A stretch of DNA of 64,000 bases from Candidatus Multivoradales bacterium (GCA_965223325.1 CBDCWI010000001.1:576001-640000), one strand, 5' to 3'. Shown: positions 47,340-57,433, counted from the stretch's first letter. Numbers and translations: made by a program. Notes: generated by a model from the sequence alone, not told the origin.

Positions 47340-48830
47340 ATGAAACTCCGCGCCTTCGTTCTAGCCCTCGCGCCGGCCGCTCTCTTGCTACCGGCGGAGC
47401 TCGGTGCCGGTGCCGGTGACGATGCCGCAGTGCGCCGCGCCCATCACGACCTTCTGCTGGCGGTCCAAGACCAGGTGGTGCCGGTCACAGGAAGCCCGGC
47501 TCTCTGCGAGGCCCTGGGAGTCGTCTCCGGTGCGGACCTGGCGGCCATTCCCACCGAGCCTGGCGGCATCGACCTCGAGGCCTTCGCCGACCAGCCTCCG
47601 GGAAGACAACCCGACGCCGCGAGTGGCGCGGGCGCTACTGCGGCACGCGGCCCGGTCGACCTCGCCGGGGAGCGCCGAGAACAGAACCGACTGACCAGAC
47701 ACTACTTCGGTGCCGGTGCTTGCCAGCTGCAGTATCCCGTCGAGATCGACACCCTGGTGACTCGCGCGACAACTGCACTCGCCGCCGAGATCAGCAACGA
47801 ACCCGAGGCCCGGCGCACCCTGGCCCAGCGCCTGGCGAAAGCCACGGCGGCGGTGGTCGCCAACGAGCCGCAGGCGACCGACCTTCAGTCTCGACTGACC
47901 CTGCAGAGCCTCGCCTGGGAGATCGGGCTGCCCCTCTGGCGGGCCTCGCAAGCAGCACCACCGGCGTCCACCAACGACGGGGCGCCTGGGCTCCGCGACC
48001 TCTCTTGCCATGCCTGGAACCTGGCCCGTCAGGCGGCCCTCTCATCCGAGCAGGTCGCGCTGGTCGGCAGCAACTCGCTGGCAAAGCTCCGAGGAGATGC
48101 TCCCCAAGATCTCGAACCAGTGATCAGCAACGTACAGGCGGCACTCACCGGCGAAGCCACGACGCTCCCGGTGCGCGAGGTCACCCCACCCTCAGACTCG
48201 CATGCCGACGCTCTGCTCGGGCGCTTCGCCGTGCGCATCTTCCTCACCGCCGAAACCCCCGCCGGTGCCAAAGCGTTGAGCGAGTTTCTCGACAAGACCC
48301 CCTTCTTGCGCCTCGGGCGCATGCCCCTGTTTCTCGACGACGTCAAAGCGATCCTGCTCCTCTACGTCAATGCTCTGGCCATCGATAACGAGGGCAACCC
48401 GAAGATCGAGCCCAGCAACCTGGTGGCGTTCTGGCAGCAGTACGACTTCAGTAAGCGCGTGACGCTTTCTCGCCCCGATCTACCGCAGGCCGAGAAAGCG
48501 GTCACCTTCCACACGGTACGGGCCGCCATTGAGCCCATGGACGGCAGCTTGCACTATCTAGAAGCCGACCAGAACGGAATCGCCCACAAGTCGTTTGTCG
48601 AGGCGATGCCGCCGACCGGGTCTCCGGTGACCGTTCGCCGGGGTGTTTGCATGCGCTGCCACTCGAAGGTCGTCGAGACGTTCCATCCCGGTTTCGAGCG
48701 CGAAGTCGAGCTGCCACTGGCCGGTCCACGCGGGGGCCGTGAGCTCCTGACCAGCTTCTATCGCGAGGTCATCGAGCAGGACCTGGCGAGCTGGGCGAAG
48801 GCCTGCGCGGGGTCCTCGCCGAGTCCCTGA
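47340..48830 (+). CDS. Secreted hypothetical protein with a single C-terminal CxxCH
   Basis: Signal peptide and CMRCH near the C-terminus. Confidence 0.65.
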   Translation: MKLRAFVLALAPAALLLPAELGAGAGDDAAVRRAHHDLLLAVQDQVVPVTGSPALCEALGVVSGADLAAIPTEPGGIDLEAFADQPPGRQPDAASGAGATAARGPVDLAGERREQNRLTRHYFGAGACQLQYPVEIDTLVTRATTALAAEISNEPEARRTLAQRLAKATAAVVANEPQATDLQSRLTLQSLAWEIGLPLWRASQAAPPASTNDGAPGLRDLSCHAWNLARQAALSSEQVALVGSNSLAKLRGDAPQDLEPVISNVQAALTGEATTLPVREVTPPSDSHADALLGRFAVRIFLTAETPAGAKALSEFLDKTPFLRLGRMPLFLDDVKAILLLYVNALAIDNEGNPKIEPSNLVAFWQQYDFSKRVTLSRPDLPQAEKAVTFHTVRAAIEPMDGSLHYLEADQNGIAHKSFVEAMPPTGSPVTVRRGVCMRCHSKVVETFHPGFEREVELPLAGPRGGRELLTSFYREVIEQDLASWAKACAGSSPSP

Positions 48831-48876
48831 GAGGGCCGAGACGGAGGGCGAGCCGGCTGCTACCATCGGGGGTTCA

Positions 48877-49263
48877 ATGAAAGGCCAAGTCAAGTGCGTT
48901 GTCGACGCGACCCTTCCCCTGGAAGTCTTTTGGGATTGGATCCAGAACCACCCGAACTGCATCCTGCGTGTCGGCCATCCCCTGACCGTGCTCTACGACG
49001 ACGACGACCTGCACTGGTGTTTCGGCGAAGAGGGTGAGTTCTTGTTGGTCCAGCAGGTGCGCGGCAAGCGTCTCTACGGCGAGCTTCTGGTGGTGCGCGA
49101 CGACGTTTCCTACGTGCAGGGAGTGGCCGGTGATCGCGAAGGCGAGTTCATCTTCGACCTCGTGCAGGAGAACGAGTCTGGCCAGTCGATGGCCGGCTTC
49201 TTCGTCCTCTGCCACGGCTTCGAGGACGACGAGGACCCGAACCACACTCGCGTCGTGCACTGA
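48877..49263 (+). CDS. Acidic hypothetical protein
   Basis: 128-aa ORF with coding-like codon usage and a GGGGG RBS. Confidence 0.7.
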   Translation: MKGQVKCVVDATLPLEVFWDWIQNHPNCILRVGHPLTVLYDDDDLHWCFGEEGEFLLVQQVRGKRLYGELLVVRDDVSYVQGVAGDREGEFIFDLVQENESGQSMAGFFVLCHGFEDDEDPNHTRVVH

Positions 49264-49276
49264 TTCGGAGCGTGGT

Positions 49277-49837
49277 TTGCGCCACGGACGTGTCACCGCA
49301 GTTCCTGGGGACCTCACCGAGCAGTCGGTCGATGCGATCGTCAATGCCGCCAACGAGCGCCTGTTGGGAGGCGGTGGAGTCGACGGAGCGATTCATCGTG
49401 CGGCCGGCCCGAAGCTGCTCCTAGCTTGCCGCGAGATTCCTGAGGTAAGGCCCGGCGTGCGCTGCCCCACCGGCGAGGCACGCGCAACGCCCGCCTTCGA
49501 TCTCCCAGCGCGTTGGGTGATCCATACCGTTGGACCGGTCTATGACGGCAGTCCCGACTGCCCGCGCCTCTTACGCGCTGCCTACGACAGTTCGCTCACC
49601 CTGGCCACCGAGCTCGGTGCGCGCACCATCGCCTTTCCGGCGATCTCCTGCGGCGTCTATCGGTACCCGCTGGGCGAAGCAGCACAAATCGCGGTCGAGG
49701 CTGCCCGAGCGAGCGAAGGTTTCGAGGAGATCCGCTTCGTCCTCTTCGGCCACGCGGCGCTCGTGGCCTGGAGGGCCGTGCTCCAGGGGAAGTGCTCCGG
49801 GAAAGGCTCGACTCCTACGCCTGGGAACGTTCGGTGA
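49277..49837 (+). CDS. Macro-domain O-acetyl-ADP-ribose deacetylase (YmdB-like)
   Basis: 'GDLT...VDAIVNAAN..L.GGGGVDGAIH', 'VIHTVGP' and 'FPAISCGVY.YP'. TTG start after GGAG. Confidence 0.92.
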   Translation: MRHGRVTAVPGDLTEQSVDAIVNAANERLLGGGGVDGAIHRAAGPKLLLACREIPEVRPGVRCPTGEARATPAFDLPARWVIHTVGPVYDGSPDCPRLLRAAYDSSLTLATELGARTIAFPAISCGVYRYPLGEAAQIAVEAARASEGFEEIRFVLFGHAALVAWRAVLQGKCSGKGSTPTPGNVR

Positions 49838-51179
49838 TTTCTTCGGTAAGCGCCGCCAGACGATCGCCCAAGCGCACTTCGAAGCTCTCGCTCGCGGCTT
49901 CGAGGGCTCGAATGCGGGCCGGCAAACGACTGCGCTCAGATTCACACCAGGCGCGGTCCGCTGCCAGATCGGGCTCGGCGAACCGTCCCACTGGCTTACC
50001 GCCCGCCACCGCAGCTTCGAGCAACGGCACAACGGGAGCCTCTGGCTTCTCTGTTGCCAGCGTCAACCAGTCACACACCGCTTCGCCGTCGGACGCCTGA
50101 CGCCAGACCTGTTTGGGCCCGGGCAAAGAGCGCTTGCCAACCGCCGTTTTCATCCGCCCGCGCCCTTCGTACTCGACCAGCTTGTAGACCGTATCGAGTG
50201 AAGGTGCGTCGCGCGAGACGCCCATGAAGGTGCCGGTGCCGAAGGCATCGATGGGCACTTCGGCATTCACCAGTCGCGCGATTGAAAACTCGTCGAGGCC
50301 TCCGCTCGCAACAATCTTGACCTGTGTGAGCCCGGCTTCATCGAAGCGCGCTCGTGCTTGCCGCGCCAGCTCGCCAAGATCGCCGGAGTCGAGCCTTATC
50401 GCCGCGACGTCGAAGGCGTCGCCAAGCTCCCGAGCCAGTTCGATCACCCGCGCGACCCCGGTCATCGTGTCCCACGTGTCGACCAGGAGAGTCGTTCCGG
50501 GATAAAGCGCCGCGAACTCACGAAACGCATCCTTTTCGTTGTCGAACGACTGCACGTAGCTGTGCGCCATCGTGCCGATGACGGGGATTCCATATCTGCG
50601 GCCAGCTTCGAGGTGACTTGTGGCGTCGACACCCGCGACATGAAACGCCCGCGCACCTTTGAGCGCAGCGTCGATCCCGTGCATGCGCCGGAGGGCAAAG
50701 TCGGCGACCCGTCGTCCTTTGGCGGCCTCGACAACCCGCGAAGCCTTCGACGCCAGAACGCTCGAAACGGTGATCTGGTTGAGGAGCAGCGTCTCGAGCA
50801 ACTGGCCGGTCGGGAGCGGCGCGGTGACCTCGAGAATCGGTTCCTCCGGAAAAACCGGAGTGCCTTCCGGAACCGCGCGCACCGACCCCGTGAAGCGAAA
50901 CTCCTCGAGCCAGCGCAAGAAGTGGTCGTCGAACAGGCCGAGTCCGGCGAGGTAGTCGAGCGCTTCGCGCTCGAAGCGCAGCGTTTCGAGCCGGGCGAGA
51001 ATCTCGCTCTGCCCACAGGCGAGAATGTAGTTGCGGTGCGGTGGCAGAGTGCGAAAGTAGAGCGAGAAGGTCGCCTCCCCCGTCTTCCCCGAGCGCACGT
51101 ACGCCTGTGCCATGGTGAGCTGATACTGGTCGGTGACCAGGGCCAGCTGATCGAAATGCGGTTCCGACACCCGTGACAT
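49815..51179 (-). CDS. pncB: Nicotinate phosphoribosyltransferase
   Basis: 'L.TD.YQLTM', 'DF..RR', 'GTMAHS', 'LLVDT.D', 'IRLDSGD', 'SGGLDE' and 'VYKLV'. Confidence 0.93.
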   Translation of the reverse strand: MSRVSEPHFDQLALVTDQYQLTMAQAYVRSGKTGEATFSLYFRTLPPHRNYILACGQSEILARLETLRFEREALDYLAGLGLFDDHFLRWLEEFRFTGSVRAVPEGTPVFPEEPILEVTAPLPTGQLLETLLLNQITVSSVLASKASRVVEAAKGRRVADFALRRMHGIDAALKGARAFHVAGVDATSHLEAGRRYGIPVIGTMAHSYVQSFDNEKDAFREFAALYPGTTLLVDTWDTMTGVARVIELARELGDAFDVAAIRLDSGDLGELARQARARFDEAGLTQVKIVASGGLDEFSIARLVNAEVPIDAFGTGTFMGVSRDAPSLDTVYKLVEYEGRGRMKTAVGKRSLPGPKQVWRQASDGEAVCDWLTLATEKPEAPVVPLLEAAVAGGKPVGRFAEPDLAADRAWCESERSRLPARIRALEAASESFEVRLGDRLAALTEEITERSQA

Positions 51180-51290
51180 CGATGCTCACTCCCTCGAAGG
51201 TCTCCAGCGCCCGGCGACCCTATCGTGAAGAAGGCCGGCTGCACCGCTCTAGCCGGCCAGAGCCAGAAGAGTTAACGCTGGGACCCGGCC

Positions 51291-53864
51291 TCAGTGGCTG
51301 CGCGCCGCCCCACCGACGGACGTCGCCGGGCGATTCAACTTGCGCAGTCGGTCGAGCATCGAAATGTCTGCCGAGGAGGGTCGCAGCAGCTCGCCGTCCG
51401 GCCCGGTACGCACGCGAATCTGCGGTGGCCCGCTCCGCGCCGCGAAGGATAGAGCCCCGAGGCCCGCCGCCCCGCCGCATTGCGGGCCGTCGGCCAGGAA
51501 GTCAAGCATGACCTGGCGCCGATGGGGAACGAAGACATTGGCCAGCGCCGCCGAGATGCGGAAGCGCTGACCGTCGGGGCCGGTCTCCTGCGAGGCCTCG
51601 GAAGTGTGCACGAAGGCCAGCGACTGTGGCCAGACCAGGCCCTCGCCAATTGCGCTTCCCGACGTCAGCTGATGGCAGCCGGCGCACGACTGGGTGGTCG
51701 CACGACCCACCAGATCGCGCGGTGAGAGCGTCGAGCCGATGGCATTCAACCCGGCCTGGATCTGTGCCGCGAAGGCTCCGTTCGGGTCCAGTTGATTGCG
51801 ATAGTCGTCGCCACTGGCCTGCGAAGTGCTCTGGCCGCTGTTGAAACGATCCGGGATCAACATCGAGATCTGGTTCAGATCAGGTGCAGCCAGGGATGGT
51901 ATCTGGCTGATGAAGAACTGCCGGAAGTCGTTGGCGATGGCCGATGTGTTGTTGTCGTCGAAGAGACCGCTGAAGGGATTCTCCTTGACCGTCACCGGTG
52001 TGACCTCGAGCTGGCAGTTGTTGCCGTTCTGGTCGCACAGAAGCACCGTCTTGAACTCACGCAGCTGCCAGAGGGTGCTCGGCAGGTTGAGGAACTGGTT
52101 GGTGCGTATCTGCCCGGCACCGGGCGCGTAGTTTGCGATCTGGATGACCGGATCGACGCCGGCCGCCGGCAGGCCGTCGAAGAAGAAGTCACGCAAGAGC
52201 TGGGCGCGGGTATTCGGGTCGTCTTCAGCCGAGAGGTCGACCCAGAAGTCGACGATCGGCTTGCAGCCGGCCAGGCCACAAGACGGTTGGGGGTTTGGGA
52301 GCTCGGCTTCGAAGATCACGAAGTTGCGCAGCGTCGAGCTCGTCTGCCCGCTGCGGCGCGCGAAAACCACCCGGTACTGGCCACAGTGTGAACCGTCGCT
52401 CGCCGCGAGATCGAAGCGGTTCGAGATCGCGATCGGTAGGTAGAAACTCTCCAGGCTCGGATTGAAGGGGCTGATCGTCGTCTCGACCCCCTCCGGGCGC
52501 GGGCACTCGAGCGGGAAGCCGTTCAGCGTCGGTGCGATGGTCGACTCGTCGTCACAGTTGGGGCCGAGCCCCAGGCCGGGACCAGGGTTCTGGGTATCCC
52601 AGAACTGCCGCCACAGCTGCTCCGACGAAAGACCCTGGACGCCAGAGTCGGAAGCCAACTGGCCGATGACATCGTCGAGTTGAATGGCGTCGACGATGAG
52701 CTCCTCGGTAACGAAGATCGAGCGCCGGGCGTCGACTTCGGGGGGGTCCGGAGGATCGGGTGGGTCCGGCGGATCGGGCGGTTCGCCACCCTCGACGCGT
52801 GTGACCTGCCATTGGCTCTCGAAGGCGCGGTCGGGCTTCTCCGGATCGCCAGACCACACGAAGGGCGTGCTGCCACCAATGAACTCGACCCTCGCCAAAC
52901 CAATGTCGAACGGCGGCGCGCCGTTGGCAAACGGCACACTCATGTGAGTCAACGAAGCGAAGGGAGTCCCAGGAAAGGCACTGACCGGTATGACGGCGTC
53001 GACCCAGTCCTGGCGCGGATCGCCAGCCAGAAAGGGGCCGATGGCAACTCGCTCGCCGGGGACACCGGAAGGCGCAACGGTGAGCTTGCTCCAGTCGGCA
53101 TCGCCGAAGTCGCGCACCACCAGGCGCAGGTGCGTGTTGCCGCCCGCTAGCGGTGAAACGTTCGGGAACCACACCGACGTCGCACCGTTGCCGAGCTTGA
53201 AATGGTTCCAACCGCCATCAGGATTGGTGATGCGGAAGTGGCCAGGGTCCTCCGGCGGATCGGGTGGATCCGGTGGATCAGGCGGATCGCCGCCGAGAAC
53301 CAGGTTTCCCGTCAGGCCACCTTCGAAGGCGTTGCCGGTGTTGTCGGGCGCGCCGAACCAGGTGAACACAGGAGCGTTGCCGCCCACCAGCTCGATCGCC
53401 GCCACGCCGATTTCGAACGGCGGCGCGTTCATGGTGAACGGCACGCTGAGGTGGGTGATGCCGCTCCAGGCTCCGGGCTGGAACTCGTCGAGCGGCAGGA
53501 AGACCTCGAACCAGTCGCTCGGCGAGCCCGCGAGAAAGTCGCCGATGCGTACTGCCGAAGCCGAATCGCTCTGCGCCGCGATCGAGATCCGATTCCAGTC
53601 CGCGCCGCCACCGAAGTCACGAAGGAGTAGGCGGAGGTGCGTGTGGTCGGCAGCCGGCGAAATGGCCGGAAACCACACCGATTCAGGGTTGTGACCGAGC
53701 TTGAGGTGGTCCCAACCACCATTGGGGTTGGTGACGCGGAGGTGTGTAGGGTCTTCTCCTTGAGCGGAGACACCACTCCAGGGCGCCAGGGCGAGGGAAG
53801 CTAGCAGCAGACAGGAGAAGAAAAAGGAACCAGACGGCAACCGCCGTGAGCGGGTCCGGGGCAT
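51291..53864 (-). CDS. Secreted protein: two tandem ~165-aa domains, (PPD)n linkers, Cys-rich C-terminal domain with CxxCH
   Basis: Repeats 'H.R.TNP.GGW.H.KLG....SVWFP' x2, PPDPPD linkers and CAGCH. GAGGAG RBS. Confidence 0.8.
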   Translation of the reverse strand: MPRTRSRRLPSGSFFFSCLLLASLALAPWSGVSAQGEDPTHLRVTNPNGGWDHLKLGHNPESVWFPAISPAADHTHLRLLLRDFGGGADWNRISIAAQSDSASAVRIGDFLAGSPSDWFEVFLPLDEFQPGAWSGITHLSVPFTMNAPPFEIGVAAIELVGGNAPVFTWFGAPDNTGNAFEGGLTGNLVLGGDPPDPPDPPDPPEDPGHFRITNPDGGWNHFKLGNGATSVWFPNVSPLAGGNTHLRLVVRDFGDADWSKLTVAPSGVPGERVAIGPFLAGDPRQDWVDAVIPVSAFPGTPFASLTHMSVPFANGAPPFDIGLARVEFIGGSTPFVWSGDPEKPDRAFESQWQVTRVEGGEPPDPPDPPDPPDPPEVDARRSIFVTEELIVDAIQLDDVIGQLASDSGVQGLSSEQLWRQFWDTQNPGPGLGLGPNCDDESTIAPTLNGFPLECPRPEGVETTISPFNPSLESFYLPIAISNRFDLAASDGSHCGQYRVVFARRSGQTSSTLRNFVIFEAELPNPQPSCGLAGCKPIVDFWVDLSAEDDPNTRAQLLRDFFFDGLPAAGVDPVIQIANYAPGAGQIRTNQFLNLPSTLWQLREFKTVLLCDQNGNNCQLEVTPVTVKENPFSGLFDDNNTSAIANDFRQFFISQIPSLAAPDLNQISMLIPDRFNSGQSTSQASGDDYRNQLDPNGAFAAQIQAGLNAIGSTLSPRDLVGRATTQSCAGCHQLTSGSAIGEGLVWPQSLAFVHTSEASQETGPDGQRFRISAALANVFVPHRRQVMLDFLADGPQCGGAAGLGALSFAARSGPPQIRVRTGPDGELLRPSSADISMLDRLRKLNRPATSVGGAARSH

Positions 53865-54091
53865 GGTGACTCCTCAGGTGGGGCAAGCGAGACATCGCCT
53901 GCACAAAGAAGTAGAGACGGAAAAGGATCACGAAGTTCCTCAGTCCCAGTCGGCGTTCGGTCAACGCAAAAAGACGACCGACCCCCTTTCAGCACCCTGA
54001 GGTCCAGCGGGAGGAGACGAGGTCAAGATGTCGTACACGGAAAGTGTTGCAACGATTCTACTTTCGCCGACCTGCCCGCGCCAGCCAAGCG

Positions 54092-54147
54092 CCGGGCATT
54101 CCCCGGGCATTCCCCGGGCGTTTGCCCGGGCGTTTCCCGGGCAAACG
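54092..54147. repeat. Five ~11-nt CCGGGC(A/G)TT units including a 12-bp perfect hairpin
   Basis: CGTTTGCCCGGG-CGTTT-CCCGGGCAAACG at 54119-54147. Confidence 0.8.
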
Positions 54148-54184
54148 ACTGGGGTGATTCTCGTAAAGCTCGGCGGGCTGGCGG

Positions 54185-56533
54185 TCAGTTGCCCGGCCAA
54201 AGCCGCCGCCACCATGCCTCTTTCTCGGGCGCCGGATCTGTTGTGACCGCAAGACCGGTGTGCCGCTGACGGGCGCGAATCTCTTCGCGATCCCACCCGG
54301 TGAGGTTCGCCAGGGTCTGTGCCTCGCGTTCGAAACGGGTCTGGAGGTTTGCCTGGTACGCCTTGCCCGCCTGACAGGTGATGGGTCCGGTGTAGGGATG
54401 GCGCATGACGTAGCGCCCCTGGAAGTTGGTGCGGTCCGACGTTTCCTGGAAGCGCAGGTCCTCGGGGAACGTCTCGCGGTCGTAGCGCACGTGCAGGCGG
54501 GTGACGAAGACGTTCTGGGCACCGTTCCCTGGGCGCCGGCGTCTCACGTCACCGTTCCTTCCATTGTCATCGAGCCAGAAGACTCCGAGCTCGCGAAGCT
54601 GGCTTGCCGAAAGCGGATCGGCCGCGCAGGGATCGCACCAGGCCATGTCCCAGGCGTACTCGAGAAACACCGCTCGCTGCCGTTCGGCTCTGACCTGATG
54701 GCTGAACATGTCGCGGTAGAAGTCGCCGAACTCGTCTTTGACGAACGTCGGGATCTCGGAACCTGTTGGCATTCGCACGGTGCGGTAGTTGGTGGTCTCG
54801 ACCCGCCCCCTGCGGGTCAAGGTGTAGATCAACAGATCCTGGGCGCCCTTGGCGTTGAGGGTGCCAAGACGAATCGGCAGCATGAACTTCGGCGACTCGA
54901 AGGCGATCTGGAGAGGTCGTAGGAGGCTCGTGCCGAGGCGCGACTGCTCCTCGAGGTTCACCTTGGCGACGAAGAAGTGCATCCCCTGGCGTATGTAGCT
55001 GCCAAGCACCCTGTCGGCACCTCGGGGAACTCGATAGTCGTTGCGCTGGAGCCACTTTAGAAGGCCATCGCTCTGTTCGGCGGAGAGCAGCAGAATGTCG
55101 TACTCACCAACCGTGTAGCGCGCCTCGATCGTGACGCCGTCCGCCTCGCGAACTTCCTGCGCCGCACCTTCGGGTGGCGCCGCAGCAGAGCGCATGAACT
55201 GTTCGAGCCTCCGCCGATCACAGGGGTTCTCGTCGTGGTACTCGACCAGGCGCGGCGACGTGTACTGATCGAGGTGATCGATAAGCGCCTGTTCGGCGAC
55301 GTGAATCTGGTCGCGCTCGAGCAGGGTCGGTACCGGAATCACCATCGCGAACTCCGACGGCTCGCCCTGATAGTCGCTGCCCATCGTCAGGACCGTGCGG
55401 TCACCGTCTCGCGCAATGACCACCTGCGAGGCTTCGTTCCAGAGGTCGGCATCGGCCCGGGCAACATAGAAGCCGCAGAACGCCGAAGCCGGCGCGGCCA
55501 TCGCGAAGACAACGAGAAAGGCGAGGAGAAGTACGACTGAAGCAGTCAGTTTCCGTCGACCGCGAGCGCGGAGGTTCCGTTTGGACTTGGACATGATGTG
55601 GGCTCCAGGTTGTAGTTGAGGGTTGGCTGGCGGACTGAAAGCTGAGCGTTGCGACGGGCCGGTGAACCCGGTTCCCCGCCAGGAGTAGCGCTCCCCAGGA
55701 AGCAACCGGTCAAACAGCGGCACCAACGGCGCACAGAAGGCGAGCGCCAGAAGAGGCGCCGCCGGTTGGTAGAACTTGAACTGAATGACTCCCGCCACCA
55801 GCGCCACCACACCGGCAAAGGCGACTCGGCCCATCCGCGTATCGGGAGTTGTCTTGGGGTCGGAGATCATCAAAAAAGCGAAGATCAGGATCGACCCGCT
55901 CTGCAGCGCATGAATGGGAATCGCCAGCGGATCGCCGAGCCACAACGCCCGCCCGAAGACCACCAGGCTCCAGAAGCCGAGAAAAGCCCAGGTGACGTCG
56001 CTGCGTGACGCGCGATAGGTCACCAGCATTCCCAGGCCACCGAAGAGCAGAAGCAGCCAGAGCCCGCTTCCCCACTGGCCCGGGGACACCCAGACCGCTC
56101 CGGTCGCCAGAGACATCACGACCAGCCCGAGGTTTGTGGGGTTCCAAACGTGCTTGCCGCGCGAGCGAAGGAGGAACTTCGACGCGATGGAAATCACCGC
56201 CGTCGCCGCCAGCGACCACGGCCCGGCAGCCCGGGCGAGCAAACAGAGTGACAGCCCCGAGATCAACGGACTCCGCGGGTCGAAGCCAATGCCCAACCAG
56301 CGCGAGAACAGCCACTGGGTGGCCAACGCGCTACCCACCAGAGTGACTGCCGCCGCACCCGTCACGTCAATCCGGTGGGTGACCGTTCCTCCGATGAGCA
56401 AGAACAACAGCATGGTCACCTGCCAGTGGCGAGGATCGCGGAACAGACGCGGCAAGAGATTGTCCCCGCCGAGAGAAGGCAACATGAACTGGGCCTTCTG
56501 GGGGCGATGAAGCTGGATTCGTTTGATTTGCAT
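54185..56533 (-). CDS. NqrB/RnfD-like membrane domain fused in frame to DUF2330 (internal start at 55594)
   Basis: N-part: 'DPR..Q', 'SKF..R..GKH..NPTN.G', 'SPGQWG' and 'MISDPKTTP'. C-part: signal peptide, 'AFCGFYV', 'PRLVEY.D.NPC', 'P.RLG' and 'NFQGRY'. No stop between them. Confidence 0.85.
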   Translation of the reverse strand: MQIKRIQLHRPQKAQFMLPSLGGDNLLPRLFRDPRHWQVTMLLFLLIGGTVTHRIDVTGAAAVTLVGSALATQWLFSRWLGIGFDPRSPLISGLSLCLLARAAGPWSLAATAVISIASKFLLRSRGKHVWNPTNLGLVVMSLATGAVWVSPGQWGSGLWLLLLFGGLGMLVTYRASRSDVTWAFLGFWSLVVFGRALWLGDPLAIPIHALQSGSILIFAFLMISDPKTTPDTRMGRVAFAGVVALVAGVIQFKFYQPAAPLLALAFCAPLVPLFDRLLPGERYSWRGTGFTGPSQRSAFSPPANPQLQPGAHIMSKSKRNLRARGRRKLTASVVLLLAFLVVFAMAAPASAFCGFYVARADADLWNEASQVVIARDGDRTVLTMGSDYQGEPSEFAMVIPVPTLLERDQIHVAEQALIDHLDQYTSPRLVEYHDENPCDRRRLEQFMRSAAAPPEGAAQEVREADGVTIEARYTVGEYDILLLSAEQSDGLLKWLQRNDYRVPRGADRVLGSYIRQGMHFFVAKVNLEEQSRLGTSLLRPLQIAFESPKFMLPIRLGTLNAKGAQDLLIYTLTRRGRVETTNYRTVRMPTGSEIPTFVKDEFGDFYRDMFSHQVRAERQRAVFLEYAWDMAWCDPCAADPLSASQLRELGVFWLDDNGRNGDVRRRRPGNGAQNVFVTRLHVRYDRETFPEDLRFQETSDRTNFQGRYVMRHPYTGPITCQAGKAYQANLQTRFEREAQTLANLTGWDREEIRARQRHTGLAVTTDPAPEKEAWWRRLWPGN

Positions 56534-56716
56534 GCCTGTTCTCCCAAGGCGGCCCGGGAAGTCTGCCCGTCCGCTCTCTGTCAACCGCTTGGACACATCA
56601 AGGTGCAACAGGCGAAACCACCCACCGAAACTTTCCTCGAACCTCGAGGCACGAGCGACCTCGGCCGTCGGGCGCTACGATGCGCCCGCAATCACTTGAA
56701 CTGTGAGGAAGACGCG

Positions 56717-57433
56717 ATGGCCGCCCAGAAGAGGACCCCGAAAAAGAAACCAGCCCGCTCCGAGAGCCCTCCTGTCCCAGAAGGTCCCTGGGACCGCGCC
56801 ACGACCGCCGACACTCGCGCGCTGCTCGAGGAGCTCCATCGCCTCTACCCGGACGCCGACTGCGAGCTCGATTGGCAAACGCCCTACCAGCTGCTCATTG
56901 CCACCATCCTCTCGGCCCAGTCGACCGACAAGAAGGTCAACGAGGTCACGCCGGCCCTGTTCGCTGCCTACCCCGGTCCAGCCGAGCTGGCGGCGGCGCC
57001 GGTGTCCGAGGTCGAAGGGTTGGTTCAACAGACCGGCTTCTACCGCCAGAAAACCAAGAGCATTCAGGCCACCGCCAGAATCCTCGTCGAGGAGCATGAT
57101 GGTGAGGTCCCCAGAACTCTCGACGAGCTGGTGCGACTCAAGGGGGTGGCGCGCAAGACCGCCAACGTCGTCCTCGGCACGTCGTTCGGCATCGCCGTCG
57201 GGGTGGTCGTCGACACCCACGTCAAACGACTCGCCTACCGCCTCGGACTCAGCCGCGAGACCAAACCGCCAAAGGTCGAGAAGGACCTCATGGAAGCGCT
57301 ACCGCGCGACGAGTGGATCTTCGCGGCGCACGCCCTGATCTGGCACGGCCGCCGCGTCTGCGATGCGCGTCGCCCTCTGTGCGACGCGTGCACGCTGAGC
57401 AAGCGCTGCCCGCGCAACGGTCTGGCGACCTGA
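56717..57433 (+). CDS. nth: Endonuclease III
   Basis: 'LIATILSAQ.TD..VN', HhH 'L.GVARKTANV', 'VDTHV.R' and 4Fe-4S C-X6-C-X2-C-X5-C. Confidence 0.96.
   Translation: MAAQKRTPKKKPARSESPPVPEGPWDRATTADTRALLEELHRLYPDADCELDWQTPYQLLIATILSAQSTDKKVNEVTPALFAAYPGPAELAAAPVSEVEGLVQQTGFYRQKTKSIQATARILVEEHDGEVPRTLDELVRLKGVARKTANVVLGTSFGIAVGVVVDTHVKRLAYRLGLSRETKPPKVEKDLMEALPRDEWIFAAHALIWHGRRVCDARRPLCDACTLSKRCPRNGLAT

Noticed and set aside
53945-53955. Additional copy of the REP-like motif
   Set aside because: Only CCCAGTCGG matches, and the hairpin half is missing.
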